A stretch of DNA of 61,918 bases, counting the filler, from Choristocarpus tenellus KU-1152 (taxonomy: Eukaryota; Protista; Phaeophyceae): the NCBI GenBank assembly GCA_964200185.2. It is 14 parts of 14 records of this genome, joined end to end, with 100 filler letters (N's around TTAATTAATTAA, not from the genome) between each part and the next. Parts side by side here need not be neighbours in the genome. Positions count along the whole stretch, not along the records: positions 48,795 to 51,624 come from CAXNAD020024368.1; positions 51,725 to 54,866 come from CAXNAD020022020.1; positions 54,967 to 58,709 come from CAXNAD020018194.1; positions 58,810 to 61,918 come from CAXNAD020022271.1; 10 more parts are not named here. The stretch is one strand, 5' to 3'. Each line of letters begins with the position of its first letter. The first letter of the stretch is position 1. Positions 48,860 through 60,469 of the stretch are shown piece after piece. The position numbers and the translations under genes are program-made. The notes beneath the pieces are model-generated. The model saw nothing but the letters and a program-made list of their open reading frames with translations. It was not told the origin of the DNA and did no database searches.

Positions 48860-50165
48860 GTTGCGTGACGCACTCACAAAGGTATTCAGCACCTTCTCAG
48901 GCGGAAAGGACTTCTTGTCCAGAGAGGATATGGAGGCGTGGCTCCTCAAGATCAATCGGGCGGGGGGGAGGGGCAGCGAGTACCGGGCGGCTGAAGCCCT
49001 CGTTGGACCTGAGCCAGGGGCAGTTCTGACCTTGGCGGGTATGCTGAGGAGTCTTTCACCTTGGTGTGGATTGATGAACATATACAAATCCAGCCTCTTC
49101 GATTTTTTTTTTTTCTTCCTTTCTGTTCCATATACAATTCCAACCTTGGTTCCCTGAATGCCCATCACGCCTCTCTGCCTTTGACAAAACCCTCACCCAA
49201 CCCCTCCCAAGAATGATGCTAAAACTATATGCAGAGGTTTTCCGATGTCTTTGCCGTGCAATCAAACCCACACGGTTTTATGACAAACCCCGCCGCAAAC
49301 CCACACCCAACGTGTACAACACTGGACACTCACACCAGACTTCTTGTCAATCTATGAGTCTGAACTACAGGAGGGTAAGTTCTGGGGAGTGGCGCACGAC
49401 CTTACCCAGTGTGGAGTGGAGGCGGGGGCATGGCTGGGAGTGTATGAGGCCCGGTTTGATCGGATCTTCTACACCCAGGTGTGTGCTGGGAAGTTTGGGA
49501 AGGAATTAGTGCCCACTGGCGTAAGGGTTAGGGTTAGAACCTAGGGTATCTATCCATCCTCCATTTGTCGCAAGAGACACGCCGAACATCTTCACTGTGT
49601 TTTTTTTCCGTTTTATTTTTTTGGAGTAATACCGAGTGAGTTAGACACACACAGGTGGCACTTTTCAGCAGTTTGTCTTGTGCTCAGGGAGTGACGGAGG
49701 GAGTGCATTTGGTGACTTTTGGTGAGGTGTTTGTTTGGTCAAGGCATGAACAATCGAGGAATGCTTGGGTCTGACCAAACTCACTCCATACAGTAATGAT
49801 ATTCAGACCCGAGGGTAGAAATTTTGAAATCAATAGAGAGAACTACCCTACAGGATTAGTTACTTAGAGATGCAGTGTTACAGTATGTCGTGTTTGGCCA
49901 ATAAGATCCATGCATTACCCGAATACCGTGTACTGCTGCCTTTATCTTGTTCTCATTGTTGCAGTTTCTCAAATACTGGTGCACCAATATCCCCCTCTGC
50001 CTTTTCCTCCAGTCAACGTTGGAGGCCATTGGGGCTAGGGAGACTCTTTCTGAGGGCCAAAGGAAGCTTGTCTATGGTGGGGATTGCCTACCAAACTCGT
50101 GGCACCCATCTGACCACTTGCCGATTGGGGGGGTGTTTCAGTTTAAGGATAACATGAGTTCATAG
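48860..50165 (+). CDS. Endonuclease/exonuclease/phosphatase (CCR4/nocturnin-like) protein with an EF-hand-like insert; 3' exons
   Basis: In-phase exons 48860-49038, 49339-49478 (...ARFDRIFYTQ) and 50013-50165 (...CLPNSWHPSDHLPIGGVFQF..*). 'D.IFY' and 'LPN...PSDHLP' are the EEP C-terminal catalytic motifs. Confidence 0.85.
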
Positions 50166-50284
50166 CCTACGGTGAACTTTCTGCCTTTCTTGTGTGCATT
50201 TCATGAGGTTACCCTCAATGCAATAACATGCTTCTTGTGATTAATCCAGTCGACTGTGTCCCCCAGTAATTCTGTTTGCTATTT

Positions 50285-50543
50285 GAGTGAAGGTATCTTA
50301 GAGGGTACAAGTTTCGCCATTGTTTGTCTGATTGAGGGGCTTGACTTCCAAGAGGTTTTTTGTGACATTATACCCTAGTCTGAAACATTTCAGAGTAGGT
50401 AAAAATGTGTATGTTATGAAGAGGTGTGTCCAAACAAGGATATTGACACTTCCTAACAGTGTAGCCAAAATTACGTCAAAATCGCAACATTGGATTTTGA
50501 CCCCCAAATGGACATGGCTCTACCCTCGAAGGTATTTTGACTC
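50285..50543. mobile_element. MITE family A
   Basis: TIRs as above; perfect 4-bp TSD ATTT. Confidence 0.88.
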
Positions 50544-51724
50544 ATTTGGCACAGTGTATGTAAAAAAACCATGTGATAGTGCTGTAGTGTGAGCATGGTG
50601 GATATTCCTGGTCACTGTTAATAAATGCTGTATAAATAATGGTTTTTTGATTTCCTGAGCGCTTCTTGTATCCATAGAATGTATTGTTTTGACTTTGAAA
50701 ATACCTGCATATGCTTGGTGTGTTTAGACTGCACAACTCCTTCAAAGTTTTACCCGAATCCTCGCTACATCTTGACCGATGTTAGTATATTCAGTGCCCA
50801 TGCCCCTACCTTACCAGCTTCCAACATGACCATTTAACCTGGGAACACAAGATCCACAGACTGCAACTCAACCTGTCACCTACTATTTGTTGATCTTGGG
50901 ATCACTGCTATATATTTTCTGTCACAAAGCCGTACCCCCTACTGTTCACAGCTCCAACTATCCTTGTGCACACTATGGCGATATGTCTATACACCTTAGG
51001 TTGTACAAGAGATTTGTTGACTGCAAGTAGTAGCTAGATCCTACACTACTCCTTCTGCCCCTCCAGTGGAACATACATGTATGATCGATTGATCCCCTGA
51101 CAGTCCACAGTGCGGTCAAAAAGACCATCTGATTCTTACGCTGATTGAAGACTGTTGGTGTACCTTTCGGTTCATCTTGTGATGTTTGTGGCATGCGTTT
51201 TGTGTCTGCAAGTAGTGCCTGCTTCCTTGAATCACAAGGAATGCACCCAGTGATTGCCTATAGACCTCAGTCAGGGAGATCTTGACTTTTACTGTGTCGT
51301 GCCTTCAATAAGAACATACCAAAAAGAGTGGGTCCATAGTTAAGTTTTTGAAGTGACTGTAATGTGAACAATACTCAGGGAGGGGGGCAATCACCTATGG
51401 ATAAAGACCTCTATATCAATTGATCTAGAGTCCTGTATTATAGCATAAGATGCTGGAAGTGTTACAGGGTAGGTAGGTATTCATACACTTTCCTTTGTTC
51501 AATCTGGCAAAAAAAGTATCTCCGAAGATACAGGTGGACATTTTGCTGGGGTACTACACAGAGCGCATAGTGGGCAGCATCAAGAATATGATAGTGAGTG
51601 ACTCAAAGTATCTGGGGGGGGGTGNNNNNNNNNNNNNNNNNNNNNNNNNNNNNNNNNNNNNNNNNNNNTTAATTAATTAANNNNNNNNNNNNNNNNNNNN
51701 NNNNNNNNNNNNNNNNNNNNNNNN

Positions 51725-51927
51725 TTGCGATTTTGATGAAATTTTGACTATTGTGTTTGTTTGGAAGTGTCAATATCCTTGTTCCAGACACACCTTTTCA
51801 TAACATATACACTTTATCTACTCTGAAATATTTTTGAGTAGGAAAATGAAAAAAAAAAAACATGGGAGGCTAAGCCCCAAATTGGACAAACAGGGCAAAA
51901 CTCGTACCCTCTAAGATACTTTCACTC
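51725..51927. mobile_element. MITE family A, partial (contig start)
   Basis: Internal consensus plus TACCCTCTAAGATACTTTCACTC. Confidence 0.82.
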
Positions 51928-52268
51928 TATCTTGAACATGAAACCAGTCAATGGACAGTAGTGAGTCAATGCAGAATATCAATCACTGGCTCTCTATTCT
52001 ATTATCTATTATCTATTCCACTGGTGGAGTCTGTAGTGTATCAGCAACTCTATTCACTGGTCCTTCACACTATAGGCTGTCAAGTATATCTAGGGAGAAA
52101 GCCCCTCCCCACAAGCCTTGCGGTGCCGACAAATCGCAAACGTTTGGGCTTTGCAGAGAAGGTAAGCCTGATGCCAAGTCTACGAGGGGCACCAAACATG
52201 TCGAGGTTAGTCGGCGCGTGGATTGAAAGTCTGAAATTATGTTGATTGTGATCGTGATTGAATTGTCT

Positions 52269-52447
52269 GGCTTAAAGTATCTGGGGGGGGTAGCGGCTGT
52301 CCGTTTGGGGGAAAATTTTTCATATTGTGATTTTTGGGTGATTTGGTTGCAGACGTTGGATGGATAATATATATGCGCTTTTACTGATTTTGGTCCGAAT
52401 GGACACCCTGGTGTAGACCCCCTTCCCCCCCCCAGATACATTGAGTC
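52269..52447. mobile_element. MITE family B
   Basis: GGCTTAAAGTATCTGGGGG...CCCCCAGATACATTGAGTC; flanks TCT/TCT. Confidence 0.82.
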
Positions 52448-52559
52448 TCTATCTGCACAGTAGGCTGATGAGGATCATGATTTAATTTTTTGATATTTTG
52501 CGCGCATTTCTGCTGTACCGTTATGTCTATACTGTGTAATGTAGTATCATAAGTGGCCA

Positions 52560-53090
52560 TTTTGTCCGTAGAGCTACGTCCCACAAGGTGTCCCTATATA
52601 TTAATGAGGATCTCTCCAATGCTCTTAACGCTCTCTCAGCACCTCAACCCTGGCGGAAAACCGTCTCAGGCTTCCATCAACTCAGCAAGAGCATGGATCG
52701 GGGTGAAAGACAACGACGAAGTGGCCAATGCGACACTAGAAGGCATGAAACACAAGCTGCTCGAGAAATTCTTGTACCAGTCAGACAATGAAAGCTCGGG
52801 TGACGAGGATGACGATGGATTTATGTGAGGGGGCAGCGCATCGGGGCCTGTGAGGAAAGGAGCAGCCTCTTTGGTGTTCTCAATTCCTCCACCGTTGCAC
52901 TCTCAAGTGGCTGACGAGTTTGCAAGCTTAGAAACAATCGTTGAAGAGTGCAGTATGAACGATGTTTCGTACCATCTCCGGAAAGCAAAGTTGGCTTGGC
53001 TCAGTGCAATCGGGGCAAGGGCAATCAAACAAGGGGACATTCAGATATTTTTGGCAGTCGCGATTTTTTTATCAGCAAATAAGTTGTTTC
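52560..53090 (+). mobile_element. Possible pogo/Tigger-like transposase C-terminal remnant
   Basis: An acidic stretch is followed by PPPLHSQVADEFASLETIVEECSMNDVSYHLRKAKLAWL......KQGDIQIF, with an in-frame stop at 52826-52828. It resembles the '..L......KQ..I..F' tails of pogo-type transposases. Recognised by eye only. Confidence 0.4.
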
Positions 53091-53350
53091 ACCCGGTACG
53101 TGCGATGGGAAAGACCCCTACTTTGATGGTGGATGGGGAGAGGTATAAGAAGCTCATGATCAACTCACCTTGACCTCAACGTCAAAGACCTGGGATTTTT
53201 TCACTCCATTCAGCAACTTCAGGAAGACAGGGGGGTGACCAACACAGAGGAGCTGGTGGAGGTCACAATGGAAGCGATCAAATGTGTACCCTTGGGAGAC
53301 ACTAGAGTGTATCTGACAGGGCCTCTTCGCCGTCGATAGTGGAGTGCTGG

Positions 53351-53617
53351 GAGTCAAAGGATCTTAGAGGGTATTGCCGCGTCCATTTGGGGCCCAAAAC
53401 TCAATGTTGTGATTTTGATGTAATTTCGGCTATCGCGTTTGCCAGGTAGTTGCAATATCCTTGTTCCGGACACACGTTTTCATAACGTACACATTTTACC
53501 TACTCCGACACGTTTTGGAGTAGGCAAATGTCATTAAAATAAACACGGGAAGCCAAGTCACAAATGGTCAAACAGGACAAAACTAATACCCTCTAACCCT
53601 TTGAGATACTTTCACTC
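53351..53617. mobile_element. MITE family A
   Basis: GAGTCAAAGGATCTTAGAGGGTA...GATACTTTCACTC; no matching TSD. Confidence 0.82.
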
Positions 53618-53832
53618 AGACACCCAACATTGTATTAAGTATTAATCGAAGCGATTAACGCAAATCAGAAAATAATGGTGATGTGTTGATGATGTTTAAA
53701 CTCAGTCAAATGATACCCCCACACAGGGTGAATCAAAGTCGAGTAGGAGGGGGGGGGAGGGGGGGGGGGTGATCATCATTGGGTTTGATGGCATGAAATG
53801 GCTGCAATTCAGTTAAAATCGAATATTAATTG

Positions 53833-54010
53833 TATAATATCTTGGGGGGGTGGGGGATGGCGGCTGTCCTTTTAGGATCAATTTTTTCATGTGGCGATTT
53901 TGGGTGATTTGGTTGCAAATGTTGGACGGATAATGTAAGTGCAGTTTTCCTGGTCATGGATCAAATGGACACCCTGGTGTATAACTCCCCCCCACCAGAT
54001 ACTTTGGGTC
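53833..54010. mobile_element. MITE family B (diverged left end)
   Basis: Matches 52269-52447 throughout; right TIR CCAGATACTTTGGGTC. Confidence 0.75.
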
Positions 54011-57000
54011 TAACATCAAAAATCGTGGGGATAGATTTGATCAACTATTTCCTGAAGTGTATGTGTTTTTCACACTCTGCTGGGATTCCTGTGGTTGCTT
54101 TGCGTTGCGTACATTTTTTTATTGTAACTGAATACTCGGAGTACATCAAACGTTTGTGAACTAATCAAATTTGAACTCACCCCAAACCGTTAAACAAATG
54201 CCGCTCGCTCTTTTTGACATAAATGAGAACTTAGTAAAAATAACTTCAATAAGTATACCTCAAAACAATGATTGAAGTGAATCACTATCAATAGATCTCC
54301 ACACATCCATCGTCTCAGCTAAGGAAGGAATTCCATGTATTAGAAACATATTCACCCCTCCGGAATGGGTCTGGACCGATCGCTTTGTATGCTTAAGACA
54401 GAAATGTTAGACCCGTGAGTCTCGAAAATCAGGTGTCTCTATTGGTGTGGCCTTGACATCTGAGAGAGTATTTGCATTTCGCACTTATCTTTGCATACAT
54501 TTGTAGTATGAGGCAAAGGTAAGTATTTTGCTGCAAGCCCTTGTCAGCGTTCATGTGTGTGTAAGTGTCTCGCCATCATTTCCGACCCTTGGCTCGCACA
54601 ATGTACAGGAACTCAGGAACCCAACCCCGACTGCCCCAGAACAGGTACAACCTGTTCTGGGGCAGGTGATGAAAGACTGGTGAGGTGTCTACCTCAGATT
54701 ATGGCTAATTGCAGGGAAGGGAAACAAAAGGGGCCAATTTATGCATATCTTTTCTTGAAAAGTATGGAGTACTTTGGAAGGGAGGGAGGGTTCTTTAAAA
54801 CATATACTATCCCTTCCATGCCCTACCTCAAGCCTATTGTTGATTAACTGCTGTATGCACCCTTAANNNNNNNNNNNNNNNNNNNNNNNNNNNNNNNNNN
54901 NNNNNNNNNNTTAATTAATTAANNNNNNNNNNNNNNNNNNNNNNNNNNNNNNNNNNNNNNNNNNNNTAGACCCCCCCCCCCCCCCCAGATACTTTAGATC
55001 TCACCAACCCCTGACAAACCAGTGCAACCCCTTCACCACTGTTTTCCAGTCACCACCCCACCCTTCAACTCCACTCAACCCCACACCACTTACCACTCCA
55101 CCACACCATTCAATACCACTCCCTCTCACAAGACTTTCCCCCACTTATCGCTTCCCAACATCATTCAACACCATTCAACCCCTCAACACTTTCCCCCACT
55201 TTTCACTCCCCCACACCACTCAACACAATTCCTCAATCATCCAAGAACACCCCTTCATCATCTACTTCATATCGTTCCTATGAGCTAGAAGACATCTACC
55301 CCGCCTGACCTTGACCTCCCCCCCCTTACCTAGTATCCCAATTGGTCGTGTGCGAGCGAAAGGGTGGGTGGGTGGGAGAGATTGCTCAGAGGTTGTCTTT
55401 TCTAGCCCTCCACGTCCTTGTACCAGTGGTCACCAGCCTTAGGTTTTCCTTACATTCTGACCATTCCTTCTCACCTCATGCTTCCACCTGCCACTCGTTT
55501 CTTTATCTTCTCCCCTACCTCTTCTGCCTCGTAGCCACTCAGTACTTAACTCATCTTTCAACCCTTGACAAATTGTTATTTTTTTCCTCACCCCTCCCTT
55601 CCCTGAACATTATTCCTACCAGAATTTCTCCCACCCGCAAAACTCAGATAACTTCATAAAACGTTCTGTTCCCTTTAAGAGTTAAATCAACAGGGGAAAC
55701 ACAAGGAATTTGAATGCTCCTATATTTATGTTCTCTGCATGCTTTCAAATTTGAAGAGGTTGCGATATTACCAACCTGCATGAAATGCACAAGGAATCAT
55801 TTTCAATATCTCAGAAAAGGGGACTTAGGATGTAGCTGGAGCTTATTAACTCTTGTCACCACCCTTAGGTAATAACCTTTCTCCTGTCCCTGATCAAAAC
55901 CTATTTCCACAGTGTTGATAATGATTTTGGTGGTTACAAGGGTGTTTTTGCTCCATGCTTGCCTCCTCACCTTTCCTTGGTAGCAACTCAACCAAGGGCG
56001 GACGTCTCCCCTGCTTACACATCAGGTGAAGAAATGAGTCAGTCATGTTCGAATACTGGACTTCTGGGGTATCGTTTGCCGTTTTACTAAGATCAACCTG
56101 TACATCCTACAAAATCTCTGGAAGGCCATCAAGTTCAACAACCCAAGTATAAAGACCGCACAATAACTTCGGCAATGGAACACACCTTCACTCGATCACA
56201 TCGCCTAAACACAACTTCAAATTCATTCCCAAACCCTTCAACTTCAAAAACTCAATCAATTCATTTTAAATAAAAAGCACTACATGGAGGTGCGTTCCCT
56301 TAGTCTATGTGGGACTCAACATCTATGTCTTATTCAAATCCAAAGTATCGTTCCTTCAACTCCGCCTTCACCCCCGTCCACCTTACTCTATTGAATGGTT
56401 TTGAGTCAAAGTAAACGAGAGGTACCTAGTTGTTGGTCGTTTTGCGTAACCAGTTTTTCGATCTTTTGTAATTCACCCAAACTTCTACGAAGTGCTAAGT
56501 ACGACTTGAGAGGATAGATTTCTCTGTTGTTTGAAACCTTTCGACATATTTCGGAAATATCCTTTACACATTGGGTGCTGCTCGATATCCGCTTGAGAGT
56601 CAATCAGCCCCAGCGTTGGATGGCAGCTTCTCTACTCAATAGTGAACTTAAAAAAATGATCAAAAACCTCGGAGGCGGAGGGTATGGCGCTCTAACTTCC
56701 TCCTCATAGCTCGAGGCCATATCGTGCACGAGTTTTTCCAGGTTTTAACACGAAATCATAGAAAGGACTATCGCAATGACAGTTTCCCAAAATTATGCTT
56801 CTGAGAATTTTTTGGATTTAATAGGATCATATGTAAATAGGATCTTCCATCCGAGGATGGGATTGATCAGCTTTGAGGTATCGACAACAGCCTGCCTCAA
56901 GTGTTGAGACCACCCACGCCTCCACCATTCTCGTTCGGATAGGGTGCTGATTTTAAAGATACAAGAGCGCCGCACACACTCACTGTCCTCGGACCTGCCG

Positions 57001-57389
57001 ACAGTAAGATCGGATCGATATTATATTAGCAAGCTATCGGTGAAGCTTGAGAAAGGTTCTACCAGCCTTCCTGGAAAATTGTCCCAAAACAAAGATGGGC
57101 AAAAAAATTGGGAGGTACAGACACTTAAACTCTGAAATATGTTATGATATTTATGAGGATTGGAAAAATCACATCTTTTGATGTCAAAACTCTGAAACCA
57201 TTTTTTATCAACATAAGACGACACCCCCAGTTGTTGCTTTTTACTGTTTGTATTTGAGGGTTTGAGGGGTTTGAGGCGTGATATACGAGAGGACACGTTG
57301 AGCTGATTCGAATCGGACTGTCGGTAATTCGTGTAGCTCTACCTAGATGATGGCGAACAGACTTCGCGAAGACGTGGGAGAGATCCTCA

Positions 57390-58514
57390 GTGCTATGGTG
57401 GGATTCGTTGCGATGCAATATGCCACGACAGTCTCCGCATGTGAAATCGAGGAAACAGAGGTCAGTGCTCACCCTAGTGTGCCACAGTGACTTTGATGTA
57501 CCCCTCGTGATGTTCTCGCCTGCTACTATGCCAGATTACCTCTTACATTCGATATCAACGAACACTCCTCAATATGCGCAGAGGCTACAGAGGCGAGTTT
57601 GGGAAGAAGTGTTTTTGATAGAGGACAAGAACCGTCTCACGGGCGAGCAATGGGGACAGAGACAAAACGAGTCGTCAGATGCCCAGATATCGGCTAGAGC
57701 TGAAGTGTTCTGTGGAGTACATTTGCAGCAAGTCCCAAGCCAAAAAATGTTACGGTCTCGATCCATAGACATCTCCGCAAGACCTGACGTGACTCTGAGC
57801 AACAATTACTCAGCCAATACGCCCGGTGGAATAGTTGATCCTTCGAATACTATTCTCGATGTTGGCATGGGAAAGAAGCAACTCTCCACTCAACTACTAT
57901 CCCACCATACAAACAACCGTAATGATGGCCAGTCTATGGCAACTGGAATGGGAGCTTTGTCTGTACAATATAAGCTAGACCTTGGACACTCTTGTAATTC
58001 CTACCATTCTGACTTGTACGTCTCTGCGAGGAGAATTTCACCTTCGTCGGGTAGGGCAACGGGTCAGACGCAATGGATCAGACCCGGCATCGATTTAATG
58101 TCAGCCGACAGGAGTAGGAGGGTACCTTTGGGGACAAGGGTGAGTAACAATAATCGTCATCATCCGAAGAAACAGTGTGTATTTACTTCAGTTAGGGTCT
58201 GCCACGATACCCCGGCATGGTTCGGACATGGTGTCAGGCGAAAAAGAGCAGTACCTATGATACAAAGAGGAGTCTGGAAAAATCGCGAGGTCACGACCCA
58301 CAACGATAGATTCGGCAAAAGGCGACCTAATGATGAAGAATGTCTGCAACAAGACAGTGGCAGGTCAGCACCCCACATTCACCCCAACATTCAAGCCAGA
58401 CCTAAAGACCCATTGCTGTTGGAGGGGAGTCGAATATATCGTTCAGAAGAAGAAGAAAACAAGTTCAAGGTGCGAAGACGCATTTATCGTGGACTCAATG
58501 TTGTGATGTATTAG
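57390..58514 (+). CDS. Hypothetical protein or large exon, 374 open codons, no recognisable domain
   Basis: Longest ORF in the window; non-repetitive, S/R/Q-rich and probably low in structure. True start or splice acceptor unknown. Confidence 0.4.
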   Translation: MLWWDSLRCNMPRQSPHVKSRKQRSVLTLVCHSDFDVPLVMFSPATMPDYLLHSISTNTPQYAQRLQRRVWEEVFLIEDKNRLTGEQWGQRQNESSDAQISARAEVFCGVHLQQVPSQKMLRSRSIDISARPDVTLSNNYSANTPGGIVDPSNTILDVGMGKKQLSTQLLSHHTNNRNDGQSMATGMGALSVQYKLDLGHSCNSYHSDLYVSARRISPSSGRATGQTQWIRPGIDLMSADRSRRVPLGTRVSNNNRHHPKKQCVFTSVRVCHDTPAWFGHGVRRKRAVPMIQRGVWKNREVTTHNDRFGKRRPNDEECLQQDSGRSAPHIHPNIQARPKDPLLLEGSRIYRSEEEENKFKVRRRIYRGLNVVMY

Positions 58515-58971
58515 AGTCTGTCTAGTCAGTGTTGTTCAGGCAGGCTAAAACCATGCGTGTCGCTTTTCACACACGGGTTCATGTGCACAAGTTGATTGGC
58601 AAGTTACAGTGAAATGAGACACAAAGTATCTGGGGGGAGGGGGGGGGGGGGGGGGCACCCCAGGGTGGTTCTTTTGAACAAAAATAAGGAAAAGAACCTT
58701 TACATTCTCNNNNNNNNNNNNNNNNNNNNNNNNNNNNNNNNNNNNNNNNNNNNTTAATTAATTAANNNNNNNNNNNNNNNNNNNNNNNNNNNNNNNNNNN
58801 NNNNNNNNNGGCATGCGGGGGCTTTGCTAAATTTAGACTATGTTTAGTGTTTTGTTTCTTGCTGAATTTGAGTTTATTTGTTTGGATTTATTTCTTTTTA
58901 GTGAGTTCAAAATTTTTCTTGTCATACAGGATTGACCTGAGGAGTCTCCTAGGATCCATAATTGTTTTCTT

Positions 58972-59224
58972 GTGTCAAAGTATCTTAGAGGGTAGAGCCG
59001 CGTCCATTTAGGGACAAAAATCCAATGTTCCGATTTTGATGTAATTTGACTATCGTGTTAGGAAGTGCCAATATCCTTGTCCCGAACACACCTTTTCAAA
59101 ACGTATACAAAATTACCTACTCCGAAACATTTCGAAGTAGGAAAATGTCATAAACCACCTGTGGGAAGCCAAGCCCCAAACGGACAAACAGGGCAAAATT
59201 CGTACCTTTAAGACACTTTCACTC
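58972..59224. mobile_element. MITE family A
   Basis: TIRs as above; flanks CTT(G)/CTTG. Confidence 0.85.
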
Positions 59225-59261
59225 CTTGTAAGCTCTCAAGAGTTGTTTGAGTTAGGGAGGG

Positions 59262-59408
59262 TGTTCGATTAGACTATTCCAACTCTATCGGATACGGACA
59301 GTACACCTGTAAAAGGTTCTGATAACTCAACCACCAATTGATTGTTCCTTTTCTACATACATATTTTACCGTAACTGTCCGACAGAGTTGGAAGAGTCTA
59401 ATCAAACA
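59262..59408. mobile_element. MITE-like family D with ~31-bp inverted repeats
   Basis: tgttcgattagactattccaactctatcgga ... tccgacagagttggaagagtctaatcaaaca. A second copy starts at 61851. Confidence 0.75.
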
Positions 59409-60204
59409 TTTAGCACCTGTTGTTTCTAGAAGGAATCACTACAGAAGCACTTACAATGCCTCCAGAATACTTCACGATTAGGAACGTCTCGAACAGATCT
59501 TAAGTTCAACATATAATGAAGTCAACAAATAACCTGCTAAGATATGTGTCATCCCGAATACTATCGGTTACGTATTTCTGTAGTCTGCACCGATGGGTCG
59601 AGGACATCCCGAGGAGCCAGCAACAGTCTTGTGTGCTGATCAGAGCATTCATTCCAGTATAGAGACAAAGGTACTACCTCCAAGTTACAATTGCTCCAGC
59701 CTACCTTAATGGGATATATAGCTCCTATCGACAAGCCCGTAGGCTGATGATGAGACTTACAGATGGCGACCATTATGTATTGATAGCCTGATAAACAACG
59801 AAATTGGCAATTATCAGGATAATAGATACAGGTATAGTTATTCTCATGTTAAGTGTATGGCATGTTAATTAAAACTGCGAAGGTGGTTGAGAGTGGTACG
59901 ATCGCAGTCTGAAAAGATCAAGTTTTCAGAAATTGTAATAAAACAACCGTAAACTCTTGGTTTATTCTCAAGCTACAGATTTGCACTGTTACTATATTGA
60001 ATCGAACATTTCCTTTTGAAGAGTCTGCACAAATGCTTGCTTCTCGCACTAGTTGGAAAGCGAGAAGCCAAATACATACACTGATTGCCTATATAAAATT
60101 CTGGAGGAGGTATCCGTCTAGCTGACTTGAGGGGTTAGTGGACGCCCAAGCATTGGCCCCTTGTCCACATTGACTCCTGTGCCTGACTAAAGCCTATTGT
60201 AAAT

Positions 60205-60463
60205 GAGTGAAAGTATCTTAGAGGGTACGAGTTTTGCCCTGTTTGTCCATTTGGGGCTTGACTTCCCATGTTTTTTTTATGACATTTTCTTACTCCAAAG
60301 TGTTTAGGAAGCATGTAAAATGTATACGTCATGAAAAGGTGTGCCCGAAACATAGATATTAACACCTCCTAACAAACACGATAGCCAAAATTACATCAAA
60401 ATCGCAACATTGTATTTTGACCCCCAAATGGACACGGCCCTACCCTCTAAGATAATTTGGTTC
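60205..60463. mobile_element. MITE family A
   Basis: TIRs as above; perfect 4-bp TSD AAAT. Confidence 0.88.
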
Positions 60464-60469
60464 AAATGA

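Noticed and set aside
53169-53255. Isolated minus-strand exon candidate (LLCVGHPPVFLKLLNGVKKSQVFDVEVK|gtgagt)
   Set aside because: Splice signals are plausible, but I found no partner exons or family, so it is not called.
55000-55290. His/Pro/Thr-rich ORF at 55022-55288
   Set aside because: Low-complexity C/A-rich simple sequence, not a credible protein.
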